From Calditrichales bacterium (lineage in GTDB: Bacteria; Calditrichota; Calditrichia; Calditrichales; J004), in NCBI GenBank assembly GCA_965267575.1, contig OZ254086.1, positions 4,224,001-4,288,000 on the forward strand: a stretch of 64,000 nt of DNA. Direction: 5' to 3'. Each line of letters begins with the position of its first letter. Position 1 is the first letter of the stretch. This document shows, in pieces, positions 1 through 10,488 of the stretch. Below the pieces are notes generated by a model. The model did not search any database. It saw nothing but the letters and a program-made list of their open reading frames with translations, and had not been told where the DNA came from. The position numbers were made by a program, and so were the translations under genes.

Positions 1-566
1 AGAAAAATAGGTATCACCCGGTTAAAATCACGCTCGCCATAAACATTAGCAAAACGCAGGATCACTACTTCCATCGAACCGCGACCGGCAAAAACACGGC
101 AATAGGTTTCTCCGGCAACTTTGCTGGCACCGTAGCTGTTTTTTGACATGAGCGGATGCTCTTCATCCACCGGGATATAGCGCGCTTCGCCATAGCTTTC
201 CCGCGACGAGGTAAATATGAATCGCCTTACCTTTCTGTTTTCCGCAGCTTTCAAAGCGTTGTATGTGCCCAATACGTTGGTCTCGAAGGAATAATCAATA
301 TCCGTGACAGCCCCCATAACATTGGATTGTGCGGCAAGATGATAAAAAAGATCAACGCCGTCGCCCAGCGCATCATAAAGCTGCCCGTAGTTACGAATAT
401 CCCCTTCAATGAATCGAAAAGCTTTATTTTTCTGATGCTTGCTCAGGTTGGACTTTTTGCCCCTGAAAAGATTGTCAAAAACAGTAACATCGTAGCCGTC
501 CAGCAAAAGGCGATCGACAAGATGGCTGCCAATAAACCCCGAGCCACCGCTGACAAATGCTTTCAT
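1..566 (-). CDS. NAD-dependent epimerase/dehydratase (3' end truncated by window edge)
   Basis: Read manually: ATG at 566 overlaps the upstream stop (TGATG). Translation begins MKAFVSGGSGFIGSHLVD (GxxGxxG) and contains SYGASK (YxxxK). Confidence 0.9.
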   Translation of the reverse strand, partial: MKAFVSGGSGFIGSHLVDRLLLDGYDVTVFDNLFRGKKSNLSKHQKNKAFRFIEGDIRNYGQLYDALGDGVDLFYHLAAQSNVMGAVTDIDYSFETNVLGTYNALKAAENRKVRRFIFTSSRESYGEARYIPVDEEHPLMSKNSYGASKVAGETYCRVFAGRGSMEVVILRFANVYGERDFNRVIPIF

Positions 567-1594
567 CAACTCCCTGCCCCGGCTATTTCCACTTCCGTGC
601 CGGTCTCAGCGGATTTGTACAAAGCATCCAGAATCTCCAGCGCCTGACAGGCCTCTTCAGCGGTGGATGTATTCTCAAATTCACCGTTGATCACTTTATA
701 AAAATGGCGAATCTCATTTTCATAGGCTTTTTTGAACTGGTCCACACCCATATCGCGGTGTAACGGCGAAACACTGACCAGGTTACCGTGCAACAAGCGG
801 TTAATGCGCAGCGGGTTTAGCTTGGCCGTGCCGTTTCTGCCAAAGATATGCGTATATAAAGTATCTTTTTCAAGATAGAGCTGCCAGCTAACTTCGATGG
901 TCATGGTAGCTCCGCTTTTTGTCTGCAATACTGCCAGAGCAGCATCTTCAACTTCCAACTCGGGATTGAGACTGTAATTAAAAGAACGCACCCGTGAAAT
1001 CTCGGGATAATCCGTAAGAAAAAGTGCCAGGTCTATCAGCGGCAACCCCATGTCCATCAGCACGCCGCCGCCGGCCGATTTTTTCTCGCCGTGCCAGTTT
1101 TTTACCGCGTGGCGGTCGTATTTACGCAGCCAGCCGGACTTAATGTAGAAAACCTCGCCCAGCTCCTCTTTTTGCAATAGCTCACGCAAAAGTCTTACAT
1201 CGGGCCTGAAGCGGTTGTGCATTCCCACCATCAGTTCTCGCTTGTTGGCTTTAGCGGTCTGCGCCAGTTTGCGGCCCTCTTCGGCCTTAAGAGCGAGGGG
1301 CTTTTCCACAAGCACATGTGCGCCCATATCCAAAGCCATCAGCGCCATGGGAAAATGATACAGGCTGGGCGTGCATATGTGCAGCGCATCGGGCTTCTCT
1401 TTCTTCAACATATTGTCAATAACGGAGTAAGCCCGTACGTTATCATACTTACTTGTCAGGTGAGATAACTTCGCCTTATCCGTATCACAAATCCCCACCA
1501 ATTCAACGTTATCCATCGACTGCAAAATGGGCAAATGAACAATCTGTGCTATAGAACCGGTTCCAACAACACATACACGAAGTTTTTCAGCCAT
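566..1594 (-). CDS. Gfo/Idh/MocA family oxidoreductase
   Basis: VVGTGSIA Rossmann motif, HVLVEKP motif, GGGVLMDMG motif. Confidence 0.92.
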   Translation of the reverse strand: MAEKLRVCVVGTGSIAQIVHLPILQSMDNVELVGICDTDKAKLSHLTSKYDNVRAYSVIDNMLKKEKPDALHICTPSLYHFPMALMALDMGAHVLVEKPLALKAEEGRKLAQTAKANKRELMVGMHNRFRPDVRLLRELLQKEELGEVFYIKSGWLRKYDRHAVKNWHGEKKSAGGGVLMDMGLPLIDLALFLTDYPEISRVRSFNYSLNPELEVEDAALAVLQTKSGATMTIEVSWQLYLEKDTLYTHIFGRNGTAKLNPLRINRLLHGNLVSVSPLHRDMGVDQFKKAYENEIRHFYKVINGEFENTSTAEEACQALEILDALYKSAETGTEVEIAGAGS

Positions 1595-1597
1595 TTT

Positions 1598-2674
1598 CTA
1601 CTCCCTTACCGTTGCATCAAATCCGATTTCTTTCATGATCTTAACCGCCGTTTCTGCAAGGGAACGGTCGGCAAACGACAGGCGGAAAACGCCGCCTTCC
1701 TTTTCTCTTATCTTTAGCAACTCAATATCACGAATGTCGATATTTTTAGCAAACAATGCCTGAGAAATTTTTGCAATTACACCCACCTGGTCATCCACAT
1801 AAACAACCACATCACAGAGAGGATTTAGAAACCCCTTGCTTTTTTGGGGCATGCGCGCGCGGTAGCCGTGAGCTTTTTCAAAAACCGGGTTCATGTTTGA
1901 CAAATGGCTGCCGTACTTCTCCAGCTCCGCCGCAAACGCTTTTATCGCTTTTTGGAGATTGTCTTTATTGCTCGTGATGATATCCTGCCAGACAGCAGGT
2001 GAACTGGAAGCAATACGTGTCAGGTCACGAAAGCCGCCGGCGGCCAGTTCAAAAAAGGGATGTTCATCATCTTCCTTATTGCCCACGATATTTACCAGAG
2101 CCAGGGCGATCACCTGCGGTAAATGGCTGATATAAGCCATAATTTCATCATGGCGCGTCGCGTCCGTTAGAAACAGGCGTGCTTTTATTGTGGAAAGTAA
2201 ATCGGAAAGTTTTTTAAACGCGGGCAATTGTTTTTGTGCTTCGTCCGGGCAAAGCAGGTAAACGGCATTTTCATACATTAGCGGGTTTGCCGCGGCGATA
2301 CCGCTTTTCTCGGCGCCGGTCATGGGGTGTCCGCCGATGTACGTACCGCTGAATGAAACCGATCGCACCAGGTCGTGCAAGATTTTCTTGGTACTGCCCA
2401 AATCGCTGACCACAGTTGCGTCGTCAATAACGCCGTTTAGCTGAAGCAGCTGTTCGCGGATCACTTCTATCGGCGTGGCCAGAAAGATAATATCAGCGCC
2501 CTTGCATTCCTGCGGCCACTCTTTAATGTGGCCGTCAATAATATCTTTTCGCAGGGCCGTGGCCAGAACATCTTTTCTGTCAAAACCAAAAATGGACGCC
2601 TCTGCGGCCGACTCCTTAAGAGCCATGGCCAAAGAAGCGCCCATTACACCTAAACCGCTAATGATTATTTTCAT
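1598..2674 (-). CDS. tyrA: Prephenate dehydrogenase with C-terminal ACT domain
   Basis: GLGVMG, DLGSTK, GGHPMTGAE, HD..MAYISHLP and GGFRDLTRIASS motifs; adjacent to DAHP synthase. Confidence 0.93.
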   Translation of the reverse strand: MKIIISGLGVMGASLAMALKESAAEASIFGFDRKDVLATALRKDIIDGHIKEWPQECKGADIIFLATPIEVIREQLLQLNGVIDDATVVSDLGSTKKILHDLVRSVSFSGTYIGGHPMTGAEKSGIAAANPLMYENAVYLLCPDEAQKQLPAFKKLSDLLSTIKARLFLTDATRHDEIMAYISHLPQVIALALVNIVGNKEDDEHPFFELAAGGFRDLTRIASSSPAVWQDIITSNKDNLQKAIKAFAAELEKYGSHLSNMNPVFEKAHGYRARMPQKSKGFLNPLCDVVVYVDDQVGVIAKISQALFAKNIDIRDIELLKIREKEGGVFRLSFADRSLAETAVKIMKEIGFDATVRE

Positions 2675-3705
2675 TCATGTACAACTGGTTCTGCCACTTT
2701 CCTTCCGATTACCTGTGCGATAACGCGTATTTGCTTCATCAGTTCTTCAAACTGCTGTGGAAACAAAGATTGAGCGCCGTCGGACAAGGCCGCCTCAGGA
2801 TGATCATGTACCTCGATCATCAGACCGTGCGCGCCGGCTGCAACAGCAGCCCGCGCCATCGGGATCACCTTATCGCGAATACCCGTCCCATGCGAAGGGT
2901 CTGCAAATATGGGCAGGTGACTAAGCTTTTGCACAATTGGTATCGCGCTGATATCCATCGTGTTGCGCGTATATGTTTCAAAGGTTCGTATACCGCGTTC
3001 GCAAAAGATTACGTTTTGGTTACCACCGGAAAGAATGTATTCCGCGGACATAAGCCATTCATTAATAGTTGCGGAAATACCGCGCTTGAGCATCACCGCC
3101 CGATCGATTTTTCCCAGCGCTTTGATAAGGGTAAAATTCTGCATATTCCGGGCACCAATCTGAACGATATCAGCGTAATCGCAGATCAGCGGCAGCTGCT
3201 CTTTATCCATGGCTTCGGTTACAACCAGCATCCCGTACTTATCCGCCGCCTCGCGCAGGTAGCGCAGGCCTTTTTCGCCCAGGCCCTGGAAAGCGTAGGG
3301 AGACGTGCGCGGCTTAAATGCGCCGCCGCGTAAAATCTTGGCACCGGCAGACGCCGCGTGTCCGGCAATCCGCATAATCTGTTCCGGCGACTCCACCGAG
3401 CAGGGACCGGCCATGATCACGGTTTCACTGCCGCCTATCTCTACATCTTTAATCTTAATGACGGTATTGTCTTTTCTGAATTCGCGACTGACCAGCTTGT
3501 AGGGTGCGCTTATACGCTGCGCATCCGCAACGCCCTCCAGTACTTGTATGTCACGAACGTCCAGCCTGGCCGTATCACCCACAATGCCCAGCAGAACATG
3601 ATCCAGTCCATTGGAACGATGGATCGCAAAACCATCTTTTTCAAGATGTTCTATGATCGCGTCGATTTGTTGCTCTGACGCGTTCTTCTCCATCATGATT
3701 ACCAT
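2671..3705 (-). CDS. aroF: DAHP synthase (class I-beta, N-terminal regulatory domain)
   Basis: AGPCSVES, GGAFKPRTSPY, QIGARNMQNF, ERGIRTFE and DPSHGTG motifs. Confidence 0.96.
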   Translation of the reverse strand: MVIMMEKNASEQQIDAIIEHLEKDGFAIHRSNGLDHVLLGIVGDTARLDVRDIQVLEGVADAQRISAPYKLVSREFRKDNTVIKIKDVEIGGSETVIMAGPCSVESPEQIMRIAGHAASAGAKILRGGAFKPRTSPYAFQGLGEKGLRYLREAADKYGMLVVTEAMDKEQLPLICDYADIVQIGARNMQNFTLIKALGKIDRAVMLKRGISATINEWLMSAEYILSGGNQNVIFCERGIRTFETYTRNTMDISAIPIVQKLSHLPIFADPSHGTGIRDKVIPMARAAVAAGAHGLMIEVHDHPEAALSDGAQSLFPQQFEELMKQIRVIAQVIGRKVAEPVVHE

Positions 3706-3715
3706 GCTTAACCCC

Positions 3716-4135
3716 TTATCTTGATTTCCTGTCTAAATAACTTTGCAAAATATTAACAGCCGCCATCTGATCGATTATGTCCCGGTGGCGGCTTGCTTTT
3801 TTACCACTTTCCCGCAGCTGTATTTCAGCCATTTTTGTCGTCAGCCGCTCGTCTATTTCCAAAACCTCGATATCCAGTTCTTCTTTCAGCGCCAAAACAA
3901 TCTGCTTTATTTTTTCTGTTTGCTTAGACGCCGTCCCCTTAAGCGTTAGCGGCATGCCAACGACAAGAGCCCCTGCATTTCTTTCAGCAATCAGGCGCTT
4001 TATGTCGGCGACAAGCTGACTGGTATTTTTCCATTTTAATGTGGTTAGTGGATGAGCGAGCATTCCAAGAGCATCGCTAACGGCAACCCCTATACGAACC
4101 TGGCCGATATCAAGGGCCAGTATAATATTATTCAT
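3716..4135 (-). CDS. ruvX: YqgF/RuvX pre-16S rRNA nuclease
   Basis: LALDIG..RIGVAVSD, VVGMP, DERLTT and ID..AA..ILQSYLD motifs. Confidence 0.95.
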   Translation of the reverse strand: MNNIILALDIGQVRIGVAVSDALGMLAHPLTTLKWKNTSQLVADIKRLIAERNAGALVVGMPLTLKGTASKQTEKIKQIVLALKEELDIEVLEIDERLTTKMAEIQLRESGKKASRHRDIIDQMAAVNILQSYLDRKSR

Positions 4136-4253
4136 TGGCTATATTTAATTTGTGCTATTTTTATTTTGGGAATGTGATAAAATCAATTTTTTGCAGTTAA
4201 ATTAAAGGAAAAAGCCTAATAAAGCTTACTTTTTTCAAGCAGATTATAGAATT

Positions 4254-4592
4254 CTATTCTTTATCCGAATCAGCCGGCACTTTTTTCAACTGATCCTTAA
4301 GGATCTTTCCGGCTTTGAAATGTGTCTTGCGGCGGGCCGGTACATATATAATCTCTCCGGTCCGGGGATTGCGTGCCTTGGGTTTGGGCTTTGTTTTCTT
4401 AACTTCAAAAACACCAAAATCTCTGATTTCAATTCTGATTTCAGGGTCTGCTTCGCTGAGGATTTTACGAAGAGCAGTAAATACAGCATCTACGAACTTT
4501 TCAGCAGTATATATCTTTATGCTTTCATCGTTATGGTCATTTAGTTCAAGCGCTGTCCGCTTGGCTACATCTTTCTTCGTCACAGTCCTCAT
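4254..4592 (-). CDS. HU/IHF family DNA-binding protein
   Basis: IEIRDFGVF and ARNPRTGE..YVPARRKTHFKAGK signature. Confidence 0.93.
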   Translation of the reverse strand: MRTVTKKDVAKRTALELNDHNDESIKIYTAEKFVDAVFTALRKILSEADPEIRIEIRDFGVFEVKKTKPKPKARNPRTGEIIYVPARRKTHFKAGKILKDQLKKVPADSDKE

Positions 4593-4747
4593 ACGGTTTC
4601 CTCCGCAAAGCCCTTCTCGTTGAGAATTGAACGTTTAAAATAAGTTGCTGATCATGCCTAATCAAGATTTATATTCAATAATTCCAATACTTTATAGCAA
4701 AAATTTCAGACATGCACGATAAACAATCGGTAAACAGTAAACAACTC

Positions 4748-7405
4748 TTAAATTTTCTTACCGGCTTTTGAGCTATTATGCTCACTGTTCTTCATTTGTT
4801 TGAGTTCGCTGAGCTTCTGAAGCGCCTGAAGCGGCGTCAGGTTATTTATATCGATATCTTCAAGCTCTTTTTCTACTTTGCTTTCGCGTTGCGCGGCAAA
4901 CAGGCTCATTTGATTCGTGTCGACCTGGCGTCCGGGCCGTCGTTGCGCCAGCCGTGGCTTTTTTGTGGTGGGAGAAAGCTCGTTGGCTTCCAGGTTGGCC
5001 AGAATTTCCTTGGCACGCTCGATCAGTTCCGCCGGAAGCCCGGCAAGCTGAGCGACATATATCCCATAGGAATTGTCTGTGCCGCCGGGGACAATCTTAC
5101 GCAAAAAAACAACCTGATCGCCATACTCCTCTACAGCAACGTTATAGTTGTGGATTCGCGGAAACAGCATCGCCAGCTCGGTCAGCTCGTGGTAATGCGT
5201 TGCAAACAGCGTTTTTGATTTCAGGTGCGGTGTGGAGTGAATGTACTCTGCGACCGACCAGGCAATGGAGAGACCGTCAAAAGTGCTTGTACCACGGCCT
5301 ATCTCATCCAGCAGAATAAGGCTCCTGTCGGTAGCATTGTTCAGGATATTGGCTGTTTCGTTCATTTCCACCAGAAACGTGCTTTCGCCCAAAGCAAGAT
5401 TGTCGGAAGCACCGACGCGCGTAAATATGCGGTCCACAATACCAATCCCGGCTTCGTCGGCAGGCACGTACGAACCGATCTGTGCCATCAGGACAATCAA
5501 CCCGACCTGGCGCAAAAAGGTAGATTTACCCGCCATATTAGGTCCGGTGATGATCCAGATCTGCTGATCTTTTGTATCGAGCATGCAGTCGTTGGCAATG
5601 AAATCTTCGCCCGGCGGCAGGTTTTTTTCCACCACCGGGTGGCGCCCCTGCCTGATAATGAGCTTCTCGCCATCGGCAATTTTGGGTTTGTGATAATTGT
5701 TTTCCACCGCGGCCTGCGCCAGGCTCTGCAGGCAATCCAGATAGGCAACCTGGCGGCTGTTTTCCTGTATTTCGCGGGTAAAAGCACCGACCTTTTCGCG
5801 CAGTCCCTGGAAAAGCTCATACTCCAGGCTTTTGATTTTGTCTTCGGCGCCAAGAATTTTATCTTCCCACTCTTTCAGTTCAGGCGTGATGTAACGCTCG
5901 GCGTTTACAAGTGTCTGCTTGCGGATGTAATCATCCGGCACCTTCTCTTTGTGTACATTTGTCACTTCCAGGTAGTAGCCGAACACTTTATTAAAATTCA
6001 CCTTCAGTGAAGTGATGCCTGTTTTTTCGCGCTCTTTGCGCTGGTATTGCAAAAGCCAGTCCTTGCCTTTTTCGGAGATGCTTTTTAATTCATCCAATTC
6101 TTTGTTATAGCCTTTTTTAATCAGGTTGCCTTCCTGCAGTGTTTGCGGTGGATTGTCAACGATCGCCAATCCAATCTCCTTTTCCACCCCGGAGAGGTCA
6201 AAAAAGCCCTTGGCAAGTTTCTCAAGCGCTTTTTCCTTGCTCTCCCGCAGCGCTTTCTGCAGCGGCTTTAACACGCCCACGCTGTTTTTCAACTGGACCA
6301 TATCCCGCCCGTTGGCGCGGCCTGTCGCTATGCGTCCCAGCAGGCGTTCCATATCGAACACGCCGCCCAGCAAATTGACCAATTCTTTTAGCAGAGAATC
6401 TCGCGAAACCAGGGCGCTCACAACCGCCTGGCGTTCGAGGATTTCTTTTTTATCCAGCAGCGGGTGCTGCAGCCACACCTTGAGCAGCCTTCCGCCCATG
6501 GGCGTGGACGTATTGTCCAGGACATTCAACAAGGTATAGCGGTTATCATCGGCAAAGGAATGGGCGATTTCCAGGTTGCGCCGCGTGCTTTCGTCCAGCA
6601 CCATGTAGCGGGACAGGTTAACCGCCTGCAGTGATACAAAATGCTCCAGCCGCGCCTTGTAATTTTCCGTGATATACTGAATCACCGCTCCGGCGGCGCT
6701 GATCCCGTGCTCCATATCATCCACGCCGTAGCCTTTTAGCGAATGCGATTTAAAGTGACTCAACAACACATCGTAGGCATACTCGCGGTTAAAAATCCAA
6801 TTTTCACGTTTGGTGATAATGGCATTGAGGCGTCTGCCGCACAGTTTTTCCAGTTCATCAAAATGTTTTTCGGAAATAAGCACTTCGCGCGGTTGATAGC
6901 GCAGAATGTTGTCAGCCAGCTGTGTTGTGGGAAATTCGGAAGTCCAGAATGTGCCGGTGGAAACATCGGCCACGGCCATACCGCAATTTTTTTGATCGTA
7001 GTAAACGGCGATCAGAAAATTGTTGGCTTTACTGTCCAGCAGTTTGTCGCTCAGCGTGGCACCCGGTGTGGCGATTTCCACCACTTCCCTTTTGACCACG
7101 CCCTTAGCCAGCTTGGGATCTTCCACCTGTTCACAGATGGCGACCCGGATACCGGCTTTCAGCAATTTGGGCAGATAATTGTCCAGGGCATGATAAGGAA
7201 ACCCGGCCAGCGGCACGTCGGCGGTTTTGCCGTGGGCGCGTTTGGTGAGCGCAATGCCCAGCACGCGTGCAATGGTCTTGGCATCTTCGTAAAAGGTTTC
7301 GTAAAAATCACCCATGCGGTAAAGCAGCAAAACATCTTTATACTCCGCCTTGATGTTGAGGTACTGCTCCATCAGCGGTGTGGTTTTTTGCTTTTTGGCA
7401 GCCAT
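4748..7405 (-). CDS. mutS: DNA mismatch repair protein MutS
   Basis: TPLMEQY, RMGDFYETF mismatch motif, GPNMAGKST Walker A, DEIGRGTSTFDG, FATHYHEL. Confidence 0.98.
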   Translation of the reverse strand: MAAKKQKTTPLMEQYLNIKAEYKDVLLLYRMGDFYETFYEDAKTIARVLGIALTKRAHGKTADVPLAGFPYHALDNYLPKLLKAGIRVAICEQVEDPKLAKGVVKREVVEIATPGATLSDKLLDSKANNFLIAVYYDQKNCGMAVADVSTGTFWTSEFPTTQLADNILRYQPREVLISEKHFDELEKLCGRRLNAIITKRENWIFNREYAYDVLLSHFKSHSLKGYGVDDMEHGISAAGAVIQYITENYKARLEHFVSLQAVNLSRYMVLDESTRRNLEIAHSFADDNRYTLLNVLDNTSTPMGGRLLKVWLQHPLLDKKEILERQAVVSALVSRDSLLKELVNLLGGVFDMERLLGRIATGRANGRDMVQLKNSVGVLKPLQKALRESKEKALEKLAKGFFDLSGVEKEIGLAIVDNPPQTLQEGNLIKKGYNKELDELKSISEKGKDWLLQYQRKEREKTGITSLKVNFNKVFGYYLEVTNVHKEKVPDDYIRKQTLVNAERYITPELKEWEDKILGAEDKIKSLEYELFQGLREKVGAFTREIQENSRQVAYLDCLQSLAQAAVENNYHKPKIADGEKLIIRQGRHPVVEKNLPPGEDFIANDCMLDTKDQQIWIITGPNMAGKSTFLRQVGLIVLMAQIGSYVPADEAGIGIVDRIFTRVGASDNLALGESTFLVEMNETANILNNATDRSLILLDEIGRGTSTFDGLSIAWSVAEYIHSTPHLKSKTLFATHYHELTELAMLFPRIHNYNVAVEEYGDQVVFLRKIVPGGTDNSYGIYVAQLAGLPAELIERAKEILANLEANELSPTTKKPRLAQRRPGRQVDTNQMSLFAAQRESKVEKELEDIDINNLTPLQALQKLSELKQMKNSEHNSSKAGKKI

Positions 7406-7412
7406 ATAATCG

Positions 7413-10400
7413 CTAATTGAGATTTATATTTACAGGCAGGCTGAAATAGAAGGTACTTCCCTGGCCCGGCGTGCTCTCCAGCCAGACTTTTCCGTTATGC
7501 AGCGAAACAATTTCTTTGCAAATGGCCAGCCCCAGGCCCGTGCCTTTGAGCGAAGCGTCTTTGCCGGCTTCGGTTTGCTCATATTTGCTGAACACCTTGG
7601 CCTGCTCTTCTTCGCTGATGCCGACGCCGCTGTCTTTTACCCAAATCTGCACCTCCTGGCGCGACTTGCCACTTAGTGCCTGGCGTTGCTCAAGCAGCTT
7701 GCTTCCCACCTCGATGCGGCCATCGTTGTTGGTAAATTTGAGGGCATTGCTGAGATAATTGGTCAGCACCTGTTCGATGCGCATTTTATCAAAGGCCATC
7801 AGCGGCACTTTTTCATCGAGACTGATTTCCATGGAGATATTCTTTTTACGCGCCAAAACCAGGTGGTTTTCAAAAACGGACTCGATAAGCGTGTTCAGGG
7901 CGTTCACTTCCGGATTAACTTTGAACTGTCCCACCTCCAGTTTGGAAGCTATGAGGAAGTTATCCACCAGCTTCAGCACTTTGTAGCAGTTTTCCTTGGC
8001 GATGGTCAGCAGCTCTTCCTGCTCACTGCTTATTTCGCCCACAACTTTGTTGCGCACAATTTCTATATAACCCTGGATAATGTTCAGCGGGCTCCGCAAA
8101 TCGTGCACCACCATGGAATTGAAATCCGACTTCAACCTTTCGATACGCCTTTGCGGACGCATGTCGGACAGCACGGCAACAAAGCCTTTGTCGAAAGCCT
8201 GTTCCTGCGTGGCAGTCAGGTAAATTTTAAACGGAATGTATTCATTGTCACTGGCCATCACTTCGATTTCCAGGCCGTTCTCGAAGCGGGCGCGTTCTTT
8301 TTCGCTAACTTCTTCAGCAGGAGCCGACACCATCAGGATGTATTTTTCAAGATCATTGCGGTATTTGCTACCCGTAAGATTGAAAAGATTGTTTCCCAGC
8401 AATGCTTCCGTATCACTGTAACGCGTCATGCCGGCGAAACTGGAGTTGCAGTAAACGATGTCGCCATCGAGACGACAGGTAAGCAGGCCCATTGTCATAG
8501 TTTCGGCCAGCGCGCGGTAGCGGTTTTCGGAATGCTTCAGGTTTTCATACAATGAGGCGTTTTCAAGCGCCACGGCCGCCTGGTTTGCAAAGTATTCAAG
8601 ACTACGCACTTTATCTTCATTTGGCCGGATGCGGTCTACCGGATCATTAACGGAAATGACGCCCAATTCTTTGCCACGGCTGCGGATCGGCACAAACAGC
8701 CAGTCGCGGTCACTCCACTCTTTTCCGATAAGGGCACGGAATTGTTCAACGTCGTCTTCATCAATGCGTGTCTTTACATATTTATGATCCAGAAAATAGG
8801 AATTGCTGATCCGGAAGCTGCGCTCTTTCATCTGCTGGTACATCGTATTGGGGTAGCGCGCTTCAATTTTTTCAAAAACGGTGTCGCGGATACCCAGGTA
8901 GCAGACGTTGGTAAAGGTATCCGAATAGCTGTCTTTGCGATCCAGCAAAACAATATTCCAGCCCAGTGTGCGGCGTATTGCGGTGGCAATCTTGGGCAGC
9001 AGCTCATTGATGTGGCTTTCGAGCGTCAGGTCTTTGCCCAGCTCAAAAACACGATCCAGCTGTTTAACCGTTTGATGGGCCTGCTTGACCAGCCTGCTTT
9101 CCATCAGCACGTCCGATGCCTTACGCACCAGTTCCCTCGCTTCATTCAGCAATGCGTTGGAGAATCGCTTCATTCCGCTTTCGTTCGCGGCAAGCAGGTA
9201 ACCTTTTATTTCATTGCCCACCTTTACCTCAAACAAAACCACCGTATCATATTGCCCACCGGCAAGCTGGGCCATGGCCATCAGGTCATCAAACTCACCG
9301 TCACCATCGTTGTAAACGGCATGGCTTTTACGGCTTTTGCGAAATGATTCAAAAGTAGTGTAATCACGGGCCATCAACACCGGCGGTTTGTCATCCTCAA
9401 ACAGGTTCAGGTCGGTATCGCCCTGGAAGCAGTATTGCGGGTAGAGAAAATGGAAACCGCTGTTGTAGTTAAAATAGATACAGGTATCCGTACCCAGTTT
9501 GCGCTTTACCTGGCGTGTCAGGAATTCGTAAATGTCGTCGTCATTATAACGCTGAATCAGATCACTGATTTCAGGTTTACGTTGTTCGGGCTCGTTTTCG
9601 GCGGACCATAATTTGCGCAGCTCAAAAATGCGCTGGGCAGCCGAATTGGCCAAAATAGAAAGATGCCGCAAATCTGTTTTGGAGGGCGCTTTATCTAGGT
9701 CGCAGCCAATAAGAATTACGCCCAGTGTCTTTTTGCCGGCGTTCATCGGCACGCGGAAATAGATTTCCGCATCCAAGCCAGCAGATTTGAAAAATTCCAA
9801 CTGCTTTTTACCGGAAACCGCTTCCGACCTGGCCGCTCCGCTTAACAACTCTTTCCAGCGCGGATCCTTCAAAATGGCTGCGGTTTTTTCTTTATACTCG
9901 CCGCCTTCAGAAATAAGTGACTTATAGTCAAAAGAATTTGTCCGCGCGTTAAATATCAGCTGTACCGCAAAATTGAAATTATAATCGTTTAAAATAAAAT
10001 CATCGATCAGTTCACTGAGGCGGTTGGCATCATTCAGGATGGCAATATTGTATTGTAATTCGGAAATATCCTGGATGCGCCGGATGGCTTTTTCCAGGCG
10101 GTTTCTTCTGCGGATGTTGTTGAGATGAAAGCGTATGCGAATGCGCAGTTCGGCCAGCTCGGGATCGTCCGAAACAATATCGCTTATACCGTTTTGCTCC
10201 AGCTTGATGCGGTCGTAAAGCTCGATGTCGCGGATCATCGCAATCACAGGCGTATCATGAAAGTCCTTCGACGTTCTGATATCACGGATCATCTTTTTAG
10301 CGTCGGCGGTGAGCGCTTCGCCCCACAGGATCAGGTCCGGATGCATGCCCATCGCCTGGCTGTAGGCATCATTGATGGTTTTGGCAACTATAACGGAGAA

Positions 10401-10487
10401 ATCCAACTCACGCAGGTATTTTTCGATTTTCTTGCGCACCAGGTCGTTTTTGTGCAGGAGCAGAACAGTATCTTTATGATTCATCAT
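7413..10487 (-). CDS. Cytoplasmic multi-sensor histidine kinase (receiver-like, GAF, PAS, HisKA, HATPase)
   Basis: HDLRSPL H-box, NYLSNALKFT N-box, DSGVGI and GTGLGL G-boxes, GAF end motif FANQAAVALENA. Confidence 0.9.
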   Translation of the reverse strand: MMNHKDTVLLLHKNDLVRKKIEKYLRELDFSVIVAKTINDAYSQAMGMHPDLILWGEALTADAKKMIRDIRTSKDFHDTPVIAMIRDIELYDRIKLEQNGISDIVSDDPELAELRIRIRFHLNNIRRRNRLEKAIRRIQDISELQYNIAILNDANRLSELIDDFILNDYNFNFAVQLIFNARTNSFDYKSLISEGGEYKEKTAAILKDPRWKELLSGAARSEAVSGKKQLEFFKSAGLDAEIYFRVPMNAGKKTLGVILIGCDLDKAPSKTDLRHLSILANSAAQRIFELRKLWSAENEPEQRKPEISDLIQRYNDDDIYEFLTRQVKRKLGTDTCIYFNYNSGFHFLYPQYCFQGDTDLNLFEDDKPPVLMARDYTTFESFRKSRKSHAVYNDGDGEFDDLMAMAQLAGGQYDTVVLFEVKVGNEIKGYLLAANESGMKRFSNALLNEARELVRKASDVLMESRLVKQAHQTVKQLDRVFELGKDLTLESHINELLPKIATAIRRTLGWNIVLLDRKDSYSDTFTNVCYLGIRDTVFEKIEARYPNTMYQQMKERSFRISNSYFLDHKYVKTRIDEDDVEQFRALIGKEWSDRDWLFVPIRSRGKELGVISVNDPVDRIRPNEDKVRSLEYFANQAAVALENASLYENLKHSENRYRALAETMTMGLLTCRLDGDIVYCNSSFAGMTRYSDTEALLGNNLFNLTGSKYRNDLEKYILMVSAPAEEVSEKERARFENGLEIEVMASDNEYIPFKIYLTATQEQAFDKGFVAVLSDMRPQRRIERLKSDFNSMVVHDLRSPLNIIQGYIEIVRNKVVGEISSEQEELLTIAKENCYKVLKLVDNFLIASKLEVGQFKVNPEVNALNTLIESVFENHLVLARKKNISMEISLDEKVPLMAFDKMRIEQVLTNYLSNALKFTNNDGRIEVGSKLLEQRQALSGKSRQEVQIWVKDSGVGISEEEQAKVFSKYEQTEAGKDASLKGTGLGLAICKEIVSLHNGKVWLESTPGQGSTFYFSLPVNINLN

Positions 10488-10488
10488 T

